This document shows, piece by piece, positions 11,156 to 21,912 of a stretch of DNA of 64,000 nucleotides; position 1 is the stretch's first letter; each line of letters starts with the position of its first letter. This DNA comes from Nitrospirota bacterium (GTDB lineage: Bacteria > Nitrospirota > UBA9217), in the NCBI GenBank assembly GCA_963740085.1, contig CAVUCU010000003.1:128001-192000 (forward strand), written 5' to 3'. A program made the position numbers and the translations under genes. The notes below the pieces were generated by a model, which saw nothing but the letters and a program-made list of their open reading frames with translations, did no database searches and was not told the DNA's origin.

Positions 11156-12233
11156 GCTCCAGGGCTCCCGATGCCTGCTGCAGTTTCTCTGCCTGACGAC
11201 CTTGCCAGATCGCTTTCAGAATAATGAATGCGCCGATAAAGAGCGCTGCGATCATTATACCAAAACTCGAGGTTTTTAGGAAGCTCGCGGTACCTTCGTT
11301 CAAGGTGCTGATCAGACCGAGCTTTGAAAGATATACCGGGATCATGAGCCCCCTGCTGACCAGGACGATGACCATGATCGTGCCCATGACGAACTTGATC
11401 ATGAAAGGTTTCACATAGGTGGTGCCCATGGCGCCAAGCTGAATGCCAAAGAGCGAGCCTCCCAGGATGAGCATGGCAAGCCGGATATCAACCAGACCGT
11501 GCATGGCGAACTTGAACGATCCGCCCATGCCCATCACAAAGGCAACCACAAGCTCTGTGGCCGAGGCCATCAGGCTCGGGACCCCGAGGGCGTAGATCAT
11601 GGCGGGGACGCCGATGAATCCGCCAACCGCGATCGTCGCCGCCAGCAATCCGGTCGCGATTCCGAGGGGGATGGTGAAGAGGACCGAGATCCGGGCATCC
11701 AAGCTCTTGAAATACATCATAGTATAGGGGATATTGATCGACTGCACCCACTTCGCGAGCTTGCCGACCGTTTCCTTCTCATCGGTCTTGCCCGAGCGGT
11801 AGGTCTTGATGGCATCGCGCAGCACGAAACCGCCGACAACCGCGAGGATCACGACAAATGCGGCGCTGACATACAGGTTGGAACCGGCATCGCCGAAGGC
11901 CTTCTTGATCGATTCCTGTATATGCGCGCCGTACAAGACGCCCGCCTCAGCCGAAATACCGAAGATCAGGCCGAGTTTCACGTCCACCTGGCCATACTTG
12001 AACCGCTTGATGGACCCGACAAGCGCCTTGGGAAACTTATGCGCCATGTTGCTCGCCACCGCGACAAGACCGGGTACGCCAAGGCTCATCATGGCCGGCG
12101 TAAGAACGAAAGCGCCTCCGGAACCGATAAATCCGCTCACGAGACCACCGACAAAACCCACCCCGAGCAGATAAATCACCGTAAACAGGTCAAGGTGAAT
12201 GAACTGCGCCGCATTTCCTATAAGATCAGGCAT
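11142..12233 (-). CDS. TauE/SafE (TSUP) family membrane transporter 2
   Basis: GFIGSGGAFVLTP and TIAVGGFIGVP repeats; multiple TM helices. Confidence 0.88.
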   Translation of the reverse strand: MPDLIGNAAQFIHLDLFTVIYLLGVGFVGGLVSGFIGSGGAFVLTPAMMSLGVPGLVAVASNMAHKFPKALVGSIKRFKYGQVDVKLGLIFGISAEAGVLYGAHIQESIKKAFGDAGSNLYVSAAFVVILAVVGGFVLRDAIKTYRSGKTDEKETVGKLAKWVQSINIPYTMMYFKSLDARISVLFTIPLGIATGLLAATIAVGGFIGVPAMIYALGVPSLMASATELVVAFVMGMGGSFKFAMHGLVDIRLAMLILGGSLFGIQLGAMGTTYVKPFMIKFVMGTIMVIVLVSRGLMIPVYLSKLGLISTLNEGTASFLKTSSFGIMIAALFIGAFIILKAIWQGRQAEKLQQASGALEHGKI

Positions 12234-12234
12234 C

Positions 12235-12486
12235 TTACTTTACCTCCTTTTTCTTTTTGGCCGCTTCAATTCCGAGAACCGTCCAGAAATGTCCGGTAAA
12301 AGAACCGTGTACTAGTGAAAAAAGAAGTGCGGTACCGATCGGTAAAAATGCGTACCAGCCCCCGCGGGTGAATGCGCTGCTGACCAGGTCCTGATTCGAG
12401 AACAGGGCGGTAAACAGCAGGATCGAAAAAAAACCTGAGATGAGCAATTTTCCTACCGGCTTCTTCCTTGCGATACTTTGTGCCAT
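12235..12486 (-). CDS. Small two-helix membrane protein, TauE partner
   Basis: 83 aa, SD AGGAGG, two TM segments, FSLVHGSFTGHFWTVLGI; 1-nt gap to TauE. Confidence 0.8.
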   Translation of the reverse strand: MAQSIARKKPVGKLLISGFFSILLFTALFSNQDLVSSAFTRGGWYAFLPIGTALLFSLVHGSFTGHFWTVLGIEAAKKKKEVK

Positions 12487-12572
12487 GATAATTCCTCCTT
12501 GCGTAGAATAGATTATTTTTTTGCGGTGTTATGCGGTGTGATGTTGACTCCTGACTCCTGACTCCTGACTCC

Positions 12573-13076
12573 TCACGCCTTCGCCCCGTCCATAACCACG
12601 ACCAGCGGGCATTTCAGCTTCTGCCAGAGCTCCGAAAGCGTCTTGTCCCGCTTGTTGCAGTCCATGTCAAGACTTTGCGGAGACTCAATAACCGCGAAGA
12701 GAATCTCCTTTTCACTGTTCGTATAGTCGATAATCTGCTGTTTGAGACATCCGGTTCGCGGGATCATGCGGTAGGCGATGCCTTCCGCCTCGAGTTCTGA
12801 CCTGAAGTTAGAAAACAAAGGGTCGATGGTGAACTCGTCGTTGCCCGCGCCGGTAACATAGAGAATATCGAGGTCAGCACCGATCCTCTTGGAAGTATTC
12901 AATGCATACTTCAGGGTCCCGGCGTCGATCCGGCCCTCTTTGAGCGCAAGCAGGACCCTTCGCCCTTCCTTCATGATCGATCTGGCCGTCGCAGCCTGAC
13001 CTTCCTCCGCGAACGTTGCCGCCGCCAGCGCATTCTCGACGTTCTTCATTATTTTTTTTAACTTTGTCGCTTCCAT
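12573..13076 (-). CDS. Hypothetical protein: N-terminal FAEAGE-type motif + degenerate USP domain
   Basis: ALAAATFAEEGQAATARSIM, then RRVLLAL...LKYALNTSKRIGADLDILYV...LKCPLVVV. Confidence 0.8.
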   Translation of the reverse strand: MEATKLKKIMKNVENALAAATFAEEGQAATARSIMKEGRRVLLALKEGRIDAGTLKYALNTSKRIGADLDILYVTGAGNDEFTIDPLFSNFRSELEAEGIAYRMIPRTGCLKQQIIDYTNSEKEILFAVIESPQSLDMDCNKRDKTLSELWQKLKCPLVVVMDGAKA

Positions 13077-13108
13077 AGCAAACCTCGTGGGATCAGTCTC
13101 CCCGGTTC

Positions 13109-13279
13109 TTAGTCGGCGCGCAGTTCTTTTCTCGCGGCTGGTCTCTTGTAATCGTACTGAGACGGCCGGTCGTTCTTCCTGTCTTCATTTATGATCTGGC
13201 GCGCGGTCTCAAATTCCCCTGCTTCCGCGAATGAAGCGGCGACCATCACTGTCTCGAATTTCTTCATTAAGGTCTTCAT
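13109..13279 (-). CDS. 56-aa small protein consisting largely of the FAEAGE motif (not in ORF track)
   Basis: MKTLMKKFETVMVAASFAEAGEFETARQIINEDRKNDRPSQYDYKRPAARKELRAD*. Strong SD AAGGAGG; first gene after a sigma-54 promoter. Confidence 0.85.
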   Translation of the reverse strand: MKTLMKKFETVMVAASFAEAGEFETARQIINEDRKNDRPSQYDYKRPAARKELRAD

Positions 13280-13326
13280 CGTTGTTCCCTCCTTTTCCTT
13301 TTATTTGTTTCTTTGCTATTCTCTAT

Positions 13327-13342
13327 TTCAACTCCTGTGCCA
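13327..13342 (-). promoter_or_regulatory. Sigma-54 promoter of TauE operon 2
   Basis: Minus strand TGGCAC-AGGAG-TTGAA (-12 variant), 48 nt upstream of ATG 13279. IHF-like TGTCAAGGTGTTA just upstream. Confidence 0.7.
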
Positions 13343-13545
13343 AAACAGAACAGCGTGCTAACACCTTGACAATATGCTCTTATTGAAAGGCGGCGTCCGA
13401 TCAGTCCTCATCCACGACTGTTTTATTATGCAATGGCCTTTGGTTGAATACTCACACCATGTTGATTTTTATGATTAATTTTGTCTGTTGCATCAAAACT
13501 AAAAACGTTGTAAAATGCAACCATCTCAAAATCTCAAGGTGTTGC

Positions 13546-15555
13546 ATGAAATTCTTTAATAAATCGGAAGACAATCATCAACTATTCGTTATTGAAGAAC
13601 TTCGCCGGAAGATCTCAGAGGCTGTGCTGCCACAACCGGTACAGAAGATCGCTGAACAGGAACTCGATCTGCTGAACAGGATCAGTTCCGCGTCGGCCGA
13701 GCACACGATCGGCATTACTTACATCGACTACCTCGCTTCCCTTCCCTGGAACAAAAAGACCGAGGACAACCTTGACATGGTCCGTGCTGAGCGGATCCTG
13801 AACGAGAACCACTTCGGGTTGAACAAGATCAAGGAAAGGATCATGGAGCACCTTGCCATCAAGGTGCTTATCATGAACAGGAAGGCACGGGTCCTGATCG
13901 TCGACGACGAGGAGATCGCAAGAAAAAATCTGGCGCATATCCTGATGAAGGAAAATTACGATGTAGTCGCTGTTGCTGACGCCGAAACGGCAATCCGGGA
14001 GTTGGAGTCTTCTGAAATTGATGTAGTGCTTACCGACCTGCGCATGGGCAAGATCGACGGCATGGACCTGCTGGACCGGGTCCGGATAAAACACGCCGAC
14101 ACGAAGGTCGTTATGGTAACGGGCTATGCCACGGTCCCTTCGGCAATCGAGGCCATGCGGAAGGGCGCATTCCATTACCTGGCCAAGCCCTACAAACTCG
14201 ATGAGGTGCGCGAGACCGTAAAGCGGGCAATGGAGCAGCGGGCGCTCAAACCGAGCACCAAGGGCACCGTGCTCTGTTTCACCGGCCCTCCGGGAACCGG
14301 CAAGACCTCGCTCGGGAAATCCATCGCCCGCGCCCTTGGGAAAAAATTTACGCGGATCTCCCTCGGCGGTCTCAAGGATGAGGCCGACATTCGCGGACAC
14401 CGGCGCACCTATGTGGGCGCCAAGCCCGGCAGAGTGATCGAAGAGCTTCGCCGGGTGGAATCGGCCAATCCCGTCATCATGCTTGACGAGCTCGACAAGA
14501 TCGGTCATGACTTCAAGGGAGATCCCGCTTCGGCCCTGCTTGAAGTGCTCGACCCGGAGCAGAACCGCTCATTCACGGACCACTACCTCGATGTTCCCTT
14601 CGACCTTTCGAGCGTCATGTTCATCCTGACCGCGAACGTCCTCGACTCCATCCCCGCCCCGCTCCGCGACCGCATGGAGGTCATCAAGTTTACCGGCTAC
14701 ACGCGGGAAGAGAAGACCCATATTGCTCGGCAATTCCTCTGCGTCAAACAAATTCGGGAAAAAGGCCTCTCCCAAAACCAGGTCGTCTTCACGGATGAGG
14801 CCGTGGACAGGATCATCCAGGAATACACGCGCGAGGCCGGCATCCGGAACCTCGAACGAAGGATCGCCACGATCTGCCGGAAGATCGCCCGGGAATCGCT
14901 CCAAACCGCGGGCAGCGCGGAGATCGTGACCATAACCCCCGGGTCAGTCCAACGCTACCTCGGAAGGAGAAAGTTCCAGTTCGAAGTGATCGAAGAGCAG
15001 GACCGCGTCGGCGTGGCCACCGGACTCGTGCGCACCGAGACCGGCGGCGAGATCATCTTCGTCGAAGCCGCCCAGATGAAGGGAAACAAGGAACTCATCA
15101 TCACCGGATCCCTCGGTGACGTGATGCGCGAATCCGCCCAGGCCGCGCTCAGCTATATCCGGAGCAACGCCGGGTCCTTCGGCATTGCTGAAGACTTTTT
15201 TGAGCGCCAGGACATCCACATCCACGTACCGTCCGGCGCGATCCAGAAGGATGGCCCTTCTGCCGGCGTCACCATTCTCGCGGCGCTCCTGTCGCTGTTG
15301 ACCAAACGGCCTGCGCGCAGGGACGTGGCCATGACCGGAGAGATAACGCTGACCGGACGGATCCTCCCCGTCAGCGGCATCCGGGACAAGGTACTCGCGG
15401 CCAGGCGTGCCAGGGTCAAGATCGTGCTCGTGCCCGCGCGAAACCGGGTCGAGGTGGAAGAACTGTCCGAAGATATACGAAAGGACGTCGACATCCGGCT
15501 TGTCGACACCGTCGCTGAAGTGGTGGATTCTGTGCTTGCCGGTCATCAGAGATGA
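13546..15555 (+). CDS. lon: Lon (endopeptidase La) variant lacking the N-terminal substrate-binding domain, with a receiver domain inserted before Walker A
   Basis: [10 protein letters not shown]...[11 protein letters not shown], then REC (IVDDEE, LTDLRM, VTGY, LAKP), then [32 protein letters not shown] (catalytic Ser) and RDKVLAA (catalytic Lys). Start taken at ATG 13546. Confidence 0.92.
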   Translation: MKFFNKSEDNHQLFVIEELRRKISEAVLPQPVQKIAEQELDLLNRISSASAEHTIGITYIDYLASLPWNKKTEDNLDMVRAERILNENHFGLNKIKERIMEHLAIKVLIMNRKARVLIVDDEEIARKNLAHILMKENYDVVAVADAETAIRELESSEIDVVLTDLRMGKIDGMDLLDRVRIKHADTKVVMVTGYATVPSAIEAMRKGAFHYLAKPYKLDEVRETVKRAMEQRALKPSTKGTVLCFTGPPGTGKTSLGKSIARALGKKFTRISLGGLKDEADIRGHRRTYVGAKPGRVIEELRRVESANPVIMLDELDKIGHDFKGDPASALLEVLDPEQNRSFTDHYLDVPFDLSSVMFILTANVLDSIPAPLRDRMEVIKFTGYTREEKTHIARQFLCVKQIREKGLSQNQVVFTDEAVDRIIQEYTREAGIRNLERRIATICRKIARESLQTAGSAEIVTITPGSVQRYLGRRKFQFEVIEEQDRVGVATGLVRTETGGEIIFVEAAQMKGNKELIITGSLGDVMRESAQAALSYIRSNAGSFGIAEDFFERQDIHIHVPSGAIQKDGPSAGVTILAALLSLLTKRPARRDVAMTGEITLTGRILPVSGIRDKVLAARRARVKIVLVPARNRVEVEELSEDIRKDVDIRLVDTVAEVVDSVLAGHQR

Positions 15556-17079
15556 ATTACACTCCGAGCATCAGACAGAAGATAACACTCGGCTATTACG
15601 CCATCGTCGCCATGATCATCGGATTGTCCGTGTTCACCTTTCTGGAACTGCGGTACATCGAGAAGAAGATCATGTTCGGCGAGGCCATCTCGGAATTTTT
15701 CGATGCCACACTTGAGATCCGGCGCTTCGAAAAAAATTATTTCCTCTACGAGCAGCATTCGGACTACGACGAGAATATCCAATACGTGTCCCGGGCCCAG
15801 GACCTCATCGACAGCAACATCGCCGGGTTCACCTCGATAGCATCTGCTGAGCAGATGGCAAACGTACAGGAAAGTCTTAAAAAGTATAAGAACTTGATGG
15901 ACCAATACGCGAAGATCGGCAGAGCAATACACGGTACGAAAGAACCTGTTTGCCGCAGGGATCCGGACCACCGGGAAAAACATAATCACCATAGCAGAGA
16001 ATATCTCCAAGACCGAGCGGAAGAACCTTCAGCAGATCCTGAGCAGTTCCCGAAACATCCTTCTCGTCTCGATCGTGCTTCTCTCTCTGGCGGCTATCGC
16101 CATAGGCCAGATACTTTCGCGAATGGTGGTCAAACCGCTGAAATCGCTTGAGAAGAGCATGGGGGTTATAGCCGGGGGTACGTTCGAGCGAATTGCCATA
16201 AAATCCAAAGACCGTGAGATCGTCTCGCTCATGAACGCGTTCAACAAAATGTTGAAAGAGCTCGAACTGCATGAGCGGCATCTGATCCAGTCCGAGAAGC
16301 TCGCGTCCCTCGGCACCCTTCTCTCCGGCGTTGCGCATGAATTGAATAATCCCCTGTCGAACATCTCATCGTCGAACCAGATACTGATGGAGGAATTCAA
16401 GGAAGCCCTCGAGAAGCAGTCTTCGCTGCCCTGGCCGCTGGACCCCGGCTTCACCAAGGAACTGCTCTCCCAGATCAACGATCAGACGGACCGGGCCCGG
16501 AATATCGTCCGTTCACTTCTCGACTTCTCGCGGGACAGGGCGTTCAAAAAAGAATCGCTGTCGCTCAAGAACCTTTTTAACGAGACCATCCAGTTCGTGA
16601 AGGGACAGGTGCCGACGAACATAGTAATCTCCCTTTCCATACCCGAGGACATCGCGATCTTTGCGGACAAACAGCGGATGCAGCAGGCATTTTTAAATTT
16701 GATCAAGAACGCCATTGATGCGATCTCATCCGAGGAAGGGACGGTCGCCATCACGGCCGTGAAGCGCCGGGCGATGGACGACATTGAAAATGAAAAGACC
16801 GGAATCTACAACTATCTCAAGTACCGCGGAAAGTGCACGCTGGACCAGGACACGGTCGACATCGAAATACGGGACAGCGGATCCGGGATACCGCTCGATA
16901 TCATTTCGAAGATCTTCGACCCTTTTTTCACGACCAAGGATGTCGGCAAAGGCTCCGGGCTCGGCCTGTTCATTGTCCACGAGATCATCAAGGAGCATGA
17001 CGGCTGCATTGCGGTGGACAGCCATCCTGACAAAGGCACAAGGTTCCTGATACGGCTGCCGATCGGGCAAGAAGCCTGA
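15552..17079 (+). pseudogene. Membrane sensor histidine kinase split by a frameshift near 15925 (possible sequencing indel)
   Basis: 15552..16151 has TM + RRFEKNYFLY. The alternative frame is open from about 15930 into ORF 16075..17079 (TM-HAMP-AHELNNPL-FFTTK..GSGLGL). ATGA overlap with lon. Confidence 0.85.
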
Positions 17080-17243
17080 ACCACGGATGACGAAGAATTC
17101 AATTTGGACACGAAAGGCGCGAATGAGCCAATCTCACGAATAACAACCTTGTTGTTTCGTGTAATTCGACTCTTTTTGCGTCGTTCGTGGCAACACATTT
17201 GATAAAGTCGCTTTTCTACCGATTTCTCTGGAGTGAGACAACC

Positions 17244-18605
17244 ATGCAAGATCAGGCAAGACTACTCATCATCGATGACGAACGGATCGCGCTCAGAAAC
17301 CTCGAGCATGTTATGAAGAAGGAAGGCTACGACGTGACAAGCACGCAGAGCGGGCCGAATGCGCTCAAGCTGCTCGATGAGCAGCAGTTCGACGTGGTGC
17401 TCACGGACCTGCGCATGGAAAAGGTGGACGGCATGCAGATCCTGAAAAGGACCCGCGAGTTCTACCCGGACACGGAAGTGATCATGATCACCGGTTATGC
17501 CACGCTCGACTCGGCAGTCGAGACCATGAAGCACGGCGCGTTCTACTACATCGCCAAGCCGTTCAGGCTTGAGGAAGTGCGCAAGGTCGTACAAGAGGCG
17601 GTGAACAAGGTCCGGCTTAAAACCGAGAACCGCCATCTCCGGGAACAGCTTGAGACCTACCAGGGCAAGGTCAAGATCGTCACCCAGGACCCGACCATGC
17701 TGAAACTGCTCGACACCGCGCACCAGATCGCGCCCACGGACTGCAACGTGCTCATCACGGGCGAGAGCGGGACGGGTAAGGAACTCTTTGCGCGGTTCAT
17801 CCACCTGAACAGCGGCCGCGCCGGAGGGCCGTTCTTCGCCGTCAACTGCGGCGCCTTTAACGAGGAGCTTTTATCGAACGAGCTCTTCGGCCACGAAAAA
17901 GGCGCCTTCACCGGCGCGAACAACGCGAAAAAAGGGATCATCGAAATGGCCTCGGCAGGCACGCTCTTTCTCGATGAGATCACCGAGATGCCGCCATCGA
18001 TGCAGGTGAAACTCCTTCGTGTCATTCAGGAAAAGGAGGTCCTGCGCGTCGGCGGCACCGAATCGCTCAAAGTGGACGTGCGGTTCATTGCCGCGACGAA
18101 CCGGGATATCCATGATTCCATGAAGACCGGCGCCTTCCGCCAGGACCTCTACTTCAGGCTGAACGTGATCTCGATCCGGATCCCGCCTCTCGCAGAACGC
18201 AAAGACGACATCCCCCTGCTCTGCTACTATTTTTTAAAGAAATACGATGTGCTGATGAAAAAAACCGTGGCCGAGATCAGCGAGGAAGTGCTCGCACTGC
18301 TCATGAACTATGACTTCCCCGGGAATGTGCGGGAACTTGAGAACATCATCGAACGCGGAGTGGCGCTCACGAATGGCGGCGCTATCGAGACCGGCCATCT
18401 GCCCGAGGACCTGCGGGAACTCAGCATCAAGACCTTCCGGAAGAAGGAGGGCAGGATACCGTCGCTCGATGAGCAGGAACAGACATATATCCAGTGGGTG
18501 CTCGGCGAGGTCGGCGGAAACAGGACCCTTGCGGCCCAGATACTCGGCATCGACCGGGTCTCGCTCTGGAGAAAGCTGAAGAAGTACGGGCTGGACGCGG
18601 AATGA
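17244..18605 (+). CDS. Sigma-54-dependent NtrC/AtoC-family response regulator
   Basis: REC, GESGTGKE, ELFGHEKGAFTGA, GNVRELEN, HTH. Start at MQDQAR, with SD GGAG. Confidence 0.95.
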   Translation: MQDQARLLIIDDERIALRNLEHVMKKEGYDVTSTQSGPNALKLLDEQQFDVVLTDLRMEKVDGMQILKRTREFYPDTEVIMITGYATLDSAVETMKHGAFYYIAKPFRLEEVRKVVQEAVNKVRLKTENRHLREQLETYQGKVKIVTQDPTMLKLLDTAHQIAPTDCNVLITGESGTGKELFARFIHLNSGRAGGPFFAVNCGAFNEELLSNELFGHEKGAFTGANNAKKGIIEMASAGTLFLDEITEMPPSMQVKLLRVIQEKEVLRVGGTESLKVDVRFIAATNRDIHDSMKTGAFRQDLYFRLNVISIRIPPLAERKDDIPLLCYYFLKKYDVLMKKTVAEISEEVLALLMNYDFPGNVRELENIIERGVALTNGGAIETGHLPEDLRELSIKTFRKKEGRIPSLDEQEQTYIQWVLGEVGGNRTLAAQILGIDRVSLWRKLKKYGLDAE

Positions 18606-19022
18606 CCCGTTTTTCGGCGGGCCCGGCCAATTCCTTTCTCTCTTTTTTCCTCACGCTGCAACGGTCCCGCCTTTGCGGCAAACACTATCAAGGATTTTGT
18701 CGAAATACGGGAATTTGCACCTTTTCATTCTGCTTGTGAAATAATTGACCATCCGGAAATCGCGCGGGCTGGCGACCTATTGGATGGAACGATCTCAATA
18801 AAAATTAGCCTGCCCAGTGCCAGAAGCCGTTGCCGGTTTCTCCCTCTTCAATGAAGAACTTATCATCAAGGGGAACAACGCATTTATGACAAATTCGCAA
18901 AAGAGTATCTTTTAGCCACAGAAGTCTCAAAGGGCTCAGAGAAATGCTTTGGGTTTTTAAGATCTTCCTTTGTGTTTTCCGTGCATTTTGTGGCAAATCT
19001 TGACTTATTACGATTCCATCAT

Positions 19023-20024
19023 TTATGGATTACTCAAATTCAGCGGAATCGATGTTCCGTTGGACAGGAGATAATTTCCGGTTGCCCCCAGGATCTTGAC
19101 ACTGCCGTTACAAACGGATTTGAAAGAGAACGCCGCCGTTGCAAGAATCGTTTGCGAGGAAGTCGACGACACTTCATTGAGCACGGCCAGGCCTGAGACC
19201 GGATTGAGGACGCACTCCGGTCCCATCACCACCTTGGCCATCCCAAGTTGCAGGACGGACACCGAACCGGAGCTTACATCGACATACTGGCCTCCTCCGC
19301 TAATACTGTACGTGTCGTCTGAAAAAACACCGGGAGTGCCGCCATCATCCACGTTGATGATCCAGGCATCCATTTTGAGATTTACGGAAGGATCGGTCGA
19401 GGGCGTGACCGTAAGCAAGCCTAACGTGGCTTGTTTTTGCTGAGACGTCAAGGTTGCAGGATCAGCGGCCCCGGTCGAAACATCGACATCCACATTCGCA
19501 TAGACGATTTCCAAAAGGCCGGACGAGGTCCTGGTGACCGGAAACGCGGCGATATAGTGAACGGGATACAGGCCGCTCCCCGCAACCATGTTGGTGAAAG
19601 AGACGGTGAGGATCGCCGTATCTGATGAATCCCATAACCCGGTGACAATGATATTCCCATAAGACACAAATTGCAGTGGCAATGTGGAGCTGTCCACGGC
19701 AATCGTCACCACGGAGACACAGGGATATGACAAGCAGGTATTCGTTGCCGACGCGTTAGCCGGCGGTGTACCATTGACGGTCGCCATGGCAACAGAAGCG
19801 GCATAGGCCAGGGGAAGCGTCGTTCTTACCACAGCCTTCATCGGTTCTCCGCTGGGATCTTTGAAATTGCTCTTATAGTCGGAAACGCTGTCACCTTTGC
19901 TGCATCCGCCAAGCGCCAGCATGAATCCGAACACAATGCCTGATATAATCATGACTGTCCGCAAGCGATGCCTTTCCTGCCGTTGAGGGCGCCAAAAAAT
20001 AACTTTGCCAGCGAAGAGAAGCAT
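19023..20024 (-). CDS. Hypothetical lipoprotein, Ser/Thr/Val-rich, probably beta-rich
   Basis: 333 aa, SD GGAGG, hydrophobic stretch ending in lipobox LGGC. Confidence 0.7.
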   Translation of the reverse strand: MLLFAGKVIFWRPQRQERHRLRTVMIISGIVFGFMLALGGCSKGDSVSDYKSNFKDPSGEPMKAVVRTTLPLAYAASVAMATVNGTPPANASATNTCLSYPCVSVVTIAVDSSTLPLQFVSYGNIIVTGLWDSSDTAILTVSFTNMVAGSGLYPVHYIAAFPVTRTSSGLLEIVYANVDVDVSTGAADPATLTSQQKQATLGLLTVTPSTDPSVNLKMDAWIINVDDGGTPGVFSDDTYSISGGGQYVDVSSGSVSVLQLGMAKVVMGPECVLNPVSGLAVLNEVSSTSSQTILATAAFSFKSVCNGSVKILGATGNYLLSNGTSIPLNLSNP

Positions 20025-20116
20025 TTCCCGCCTCCATGTGAATGTTTGCTTAATGAGCAGTAGAGTAATTTTATTGCGTACTTTCTCTCACGATAGAACG
20101 CCGGCCAAATAACCGG

Positions 20117-20713
20117 TCAATGGGAAGGGAAGTACTTATTCACGGCTTCTCGTACCTCCTGCAGCCATTCGTCCCTCCGTTGGGGCGTGCTGGTGACAAT
20201 GACTCCGAACGTTTTCCGATGAACATCCGTGACGCCGCAGAGACCGAAGATGCAATTCTTCCAGATCGTCTCGAGCGGATCTCCAAAAAACTGTATTTCT
20301 CGCTCGGCTTGCGTATTGGATGTATTAAAAACGAGAGCCGCCGTTGCCTTCAATAAGCCCCTTGGCACGCCTTCGCCGGCGTCCCCTTCCATGAATTCAT
20401 ATGCCACGCCCGGCCGGATGACCCGGTCGATCCATCCTTTCAAAATAGCCGGCGGCTGGCCCCACCAGTTCGGATGGATGATTATGATTCCATCGGCAGC
20501 GGCAAGCTCATCGCAATAGCGTTGTATCGCGGCGTCGAGGGGAGCCTCCTTGGGAAGTTCCGCGGCGGAAAGCGCTGGATCGAACCGTTCCGTATAGAGG
20601 TCGTGGAAGAGGGCCCGGTGTCCGTTCTCCCGAAGGGTCGCGATAACGTTGGCTGCAATGGCATGATTGAAACTCTCTTTGTTAGGATGTGCGAGAATGA
20701 CCGGGATGTTCAT
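20117..20713 (-). CDS. NAD(P)H-dependent quinone oxidoreductase, flavodoxin-like fold (KefF/MdaB family)
   Basis: ILAHPNKESFNHA, DLY...FDP, HPNWWGQPPAILKGWIDRV. Confidence 0.9.
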   Translation of the reverse strand: MNIPVILAHPNKESFNHAIAANVIATLRENGHRALFHDLYTERFDPALSAAELPKEAPLDAAIQRYCDELAAADGIIIIHPNWWGQPPAILKGWIDRVIRPGVAYEFMEGDAGEGVPRGLLKATAALVFNTSNTQAEREIQFFGDPLETIWKNCIFGLCGVTDVHRKTFGVIVTSTPQRRDEWLQEVREAVNKYFPSH

Positions 20714-20832
20714 CGTTACGTCCTGTCCATGCCATCGAAAAATAACGGGGGTCATCGTTACAAAGACTCCCTGTCAAGTGAAATAACCCACCAAAGGTCA
20801 AGATTGATGCCTTGCGTAACTCACCGGTGCCC

Positions 20833-21912
20833 CTATGACGACGCTTCCTGATGCTGTTCGAAGATCTCCTCAAATGCCGGTGCGGTCTCCTTGAACGCCT
20901 TGAGCACAGCGGGGTCGAAGTGTCCGGGCAGGGTCCTTCCGTCGCCCTCGGTGATGATCTTGTACGCCTTCTCGTGGTCAAAATCCGGTTTATAGGGTCG
21001 TCGGCTCCGCAGGGCGTCATACTGGTCGACGAGCATGACGATCCTCCCCTCAAGGGGGGTCTCCTCTCCCTTGAGCCCCCGCGGATAGCCGCCTCCGTCC
21101 CACCGTTCGTGATGGTTCAATGTGATGGCGGCAGCCATCTGGATGTTGGGGTAGGCTGATTTGGACAGTATCCTTTCGCCGATGGTCGTGTGTGACTTCA
21201 TCGTTTCAAATTCTTCACGCGTCAAAGGCCCCGGTTTCAGCAGGATGCTGTCGGCGATCCCGATCTTCCCGATGTCATGCACCTGGCTGGCAAAGGTTAT
21301 TGCCTCGACAAAATCCACGTCCAGGTCCATGCCTTCGGCGAGCCTGCTTGAATAGAACCCTATCCGCGCGATATGGGCGCCCGTGTCCGTATCCCTCAAT
21401 TCTGCGGCTGCCGTCAACTTCTGCACGATTTCGTTGCTCATGTTTTTGAGTTCCCTGAAAGCCTCATCGAGCTCCAGCGTCCTTCTCCTGACCTCCTCTT
21501 CCAGGTTCTCGTTGTGCCTGAGCAAAAAGTCCTGTGATGCCTTGATTTCCAGGAGGTTCTTCACGCGCAGTGTCAGCTCCGACCGGTCAATGGGCTTGGA
21601 AAGGAAATCGTTCGCGCCGGCCTCAAGGCCCTTGAGCTTCGATTCCCGGTCATGCAAGGCCGTGACCATGATGATCGGAGTGTTCGCCGTTTCAAGGTTG
21701 GCCTTCATGCGCCTGCACGCCTCGTACCCGTCCATGACCGGCATCATGATGTCGAGAATAACGAGATCGGGCCGGTACTCACTGCTCTTCTGAACCGCTT
21801 CCGCGCCGTTGGAAGCCGTTTCAATAACGTACCCCATGGAAACAAGCCAGTTGACAAGCAGTTTGACATTCGGTTCCTCATCATCCACGATCAGGATCTT
21901 TTCATTGCTCAT
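20833..21912 (-). CDS. Response regulator with HD-GYP c-di-GMP phosphodiesterase domain (RpfG-like)
   Basis: REC + [29 protein letters not shown]. Confidence 0.93.
   Translation of the reverse strand: MSNEKILIVDDEEPNVKLLVNWLVSMGYVIETASNGAEAVQKSSEYRPDLVILDIMMPVMDGYEACRRMKANLETANTPIIMVTALHDRESKLKGLEAGANDFLSKPIDRSELTLRVKNLLEIKASQDFLLRHNENLEEEVRRRTLELDEAFRELKNMSNEIVQKLTAAAELRDTDTGAHIARIGFYSSRLAEGMDLDVDFVEAITFASQVHDIGKIGIADSILLKPGPLTREEFETMKSHTTIGERILSKSAYPNIQMAAAITLNHHERWDGGGYPRGLKGEETPLEGRIVMLVDQYDALRSRRPYKPDFDHEKAYKIITEGDGRTLPGHFDPAVLKAFKETAPAFEEIFEQHQEASS

Noticed and set aside
12545-12572. Tandem repeats as a CRISPR array
   Set aside because: 7-9-nt units without unique spacers; no cas genes.
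13444-13545. 34-aa N-terminal extension of Lon
   Set aside because: TTG start in AT-rich regulatory DNA containing operator-like palindromes; ATG 13546 has an SD-like AAGGTG.
18700-18880. Possible riboswitch or ncRNA in the convergent intergenic region
   Set aside because: Only imperfect hairpins, no consensus I can match, and no downstream gene in a suitable position.
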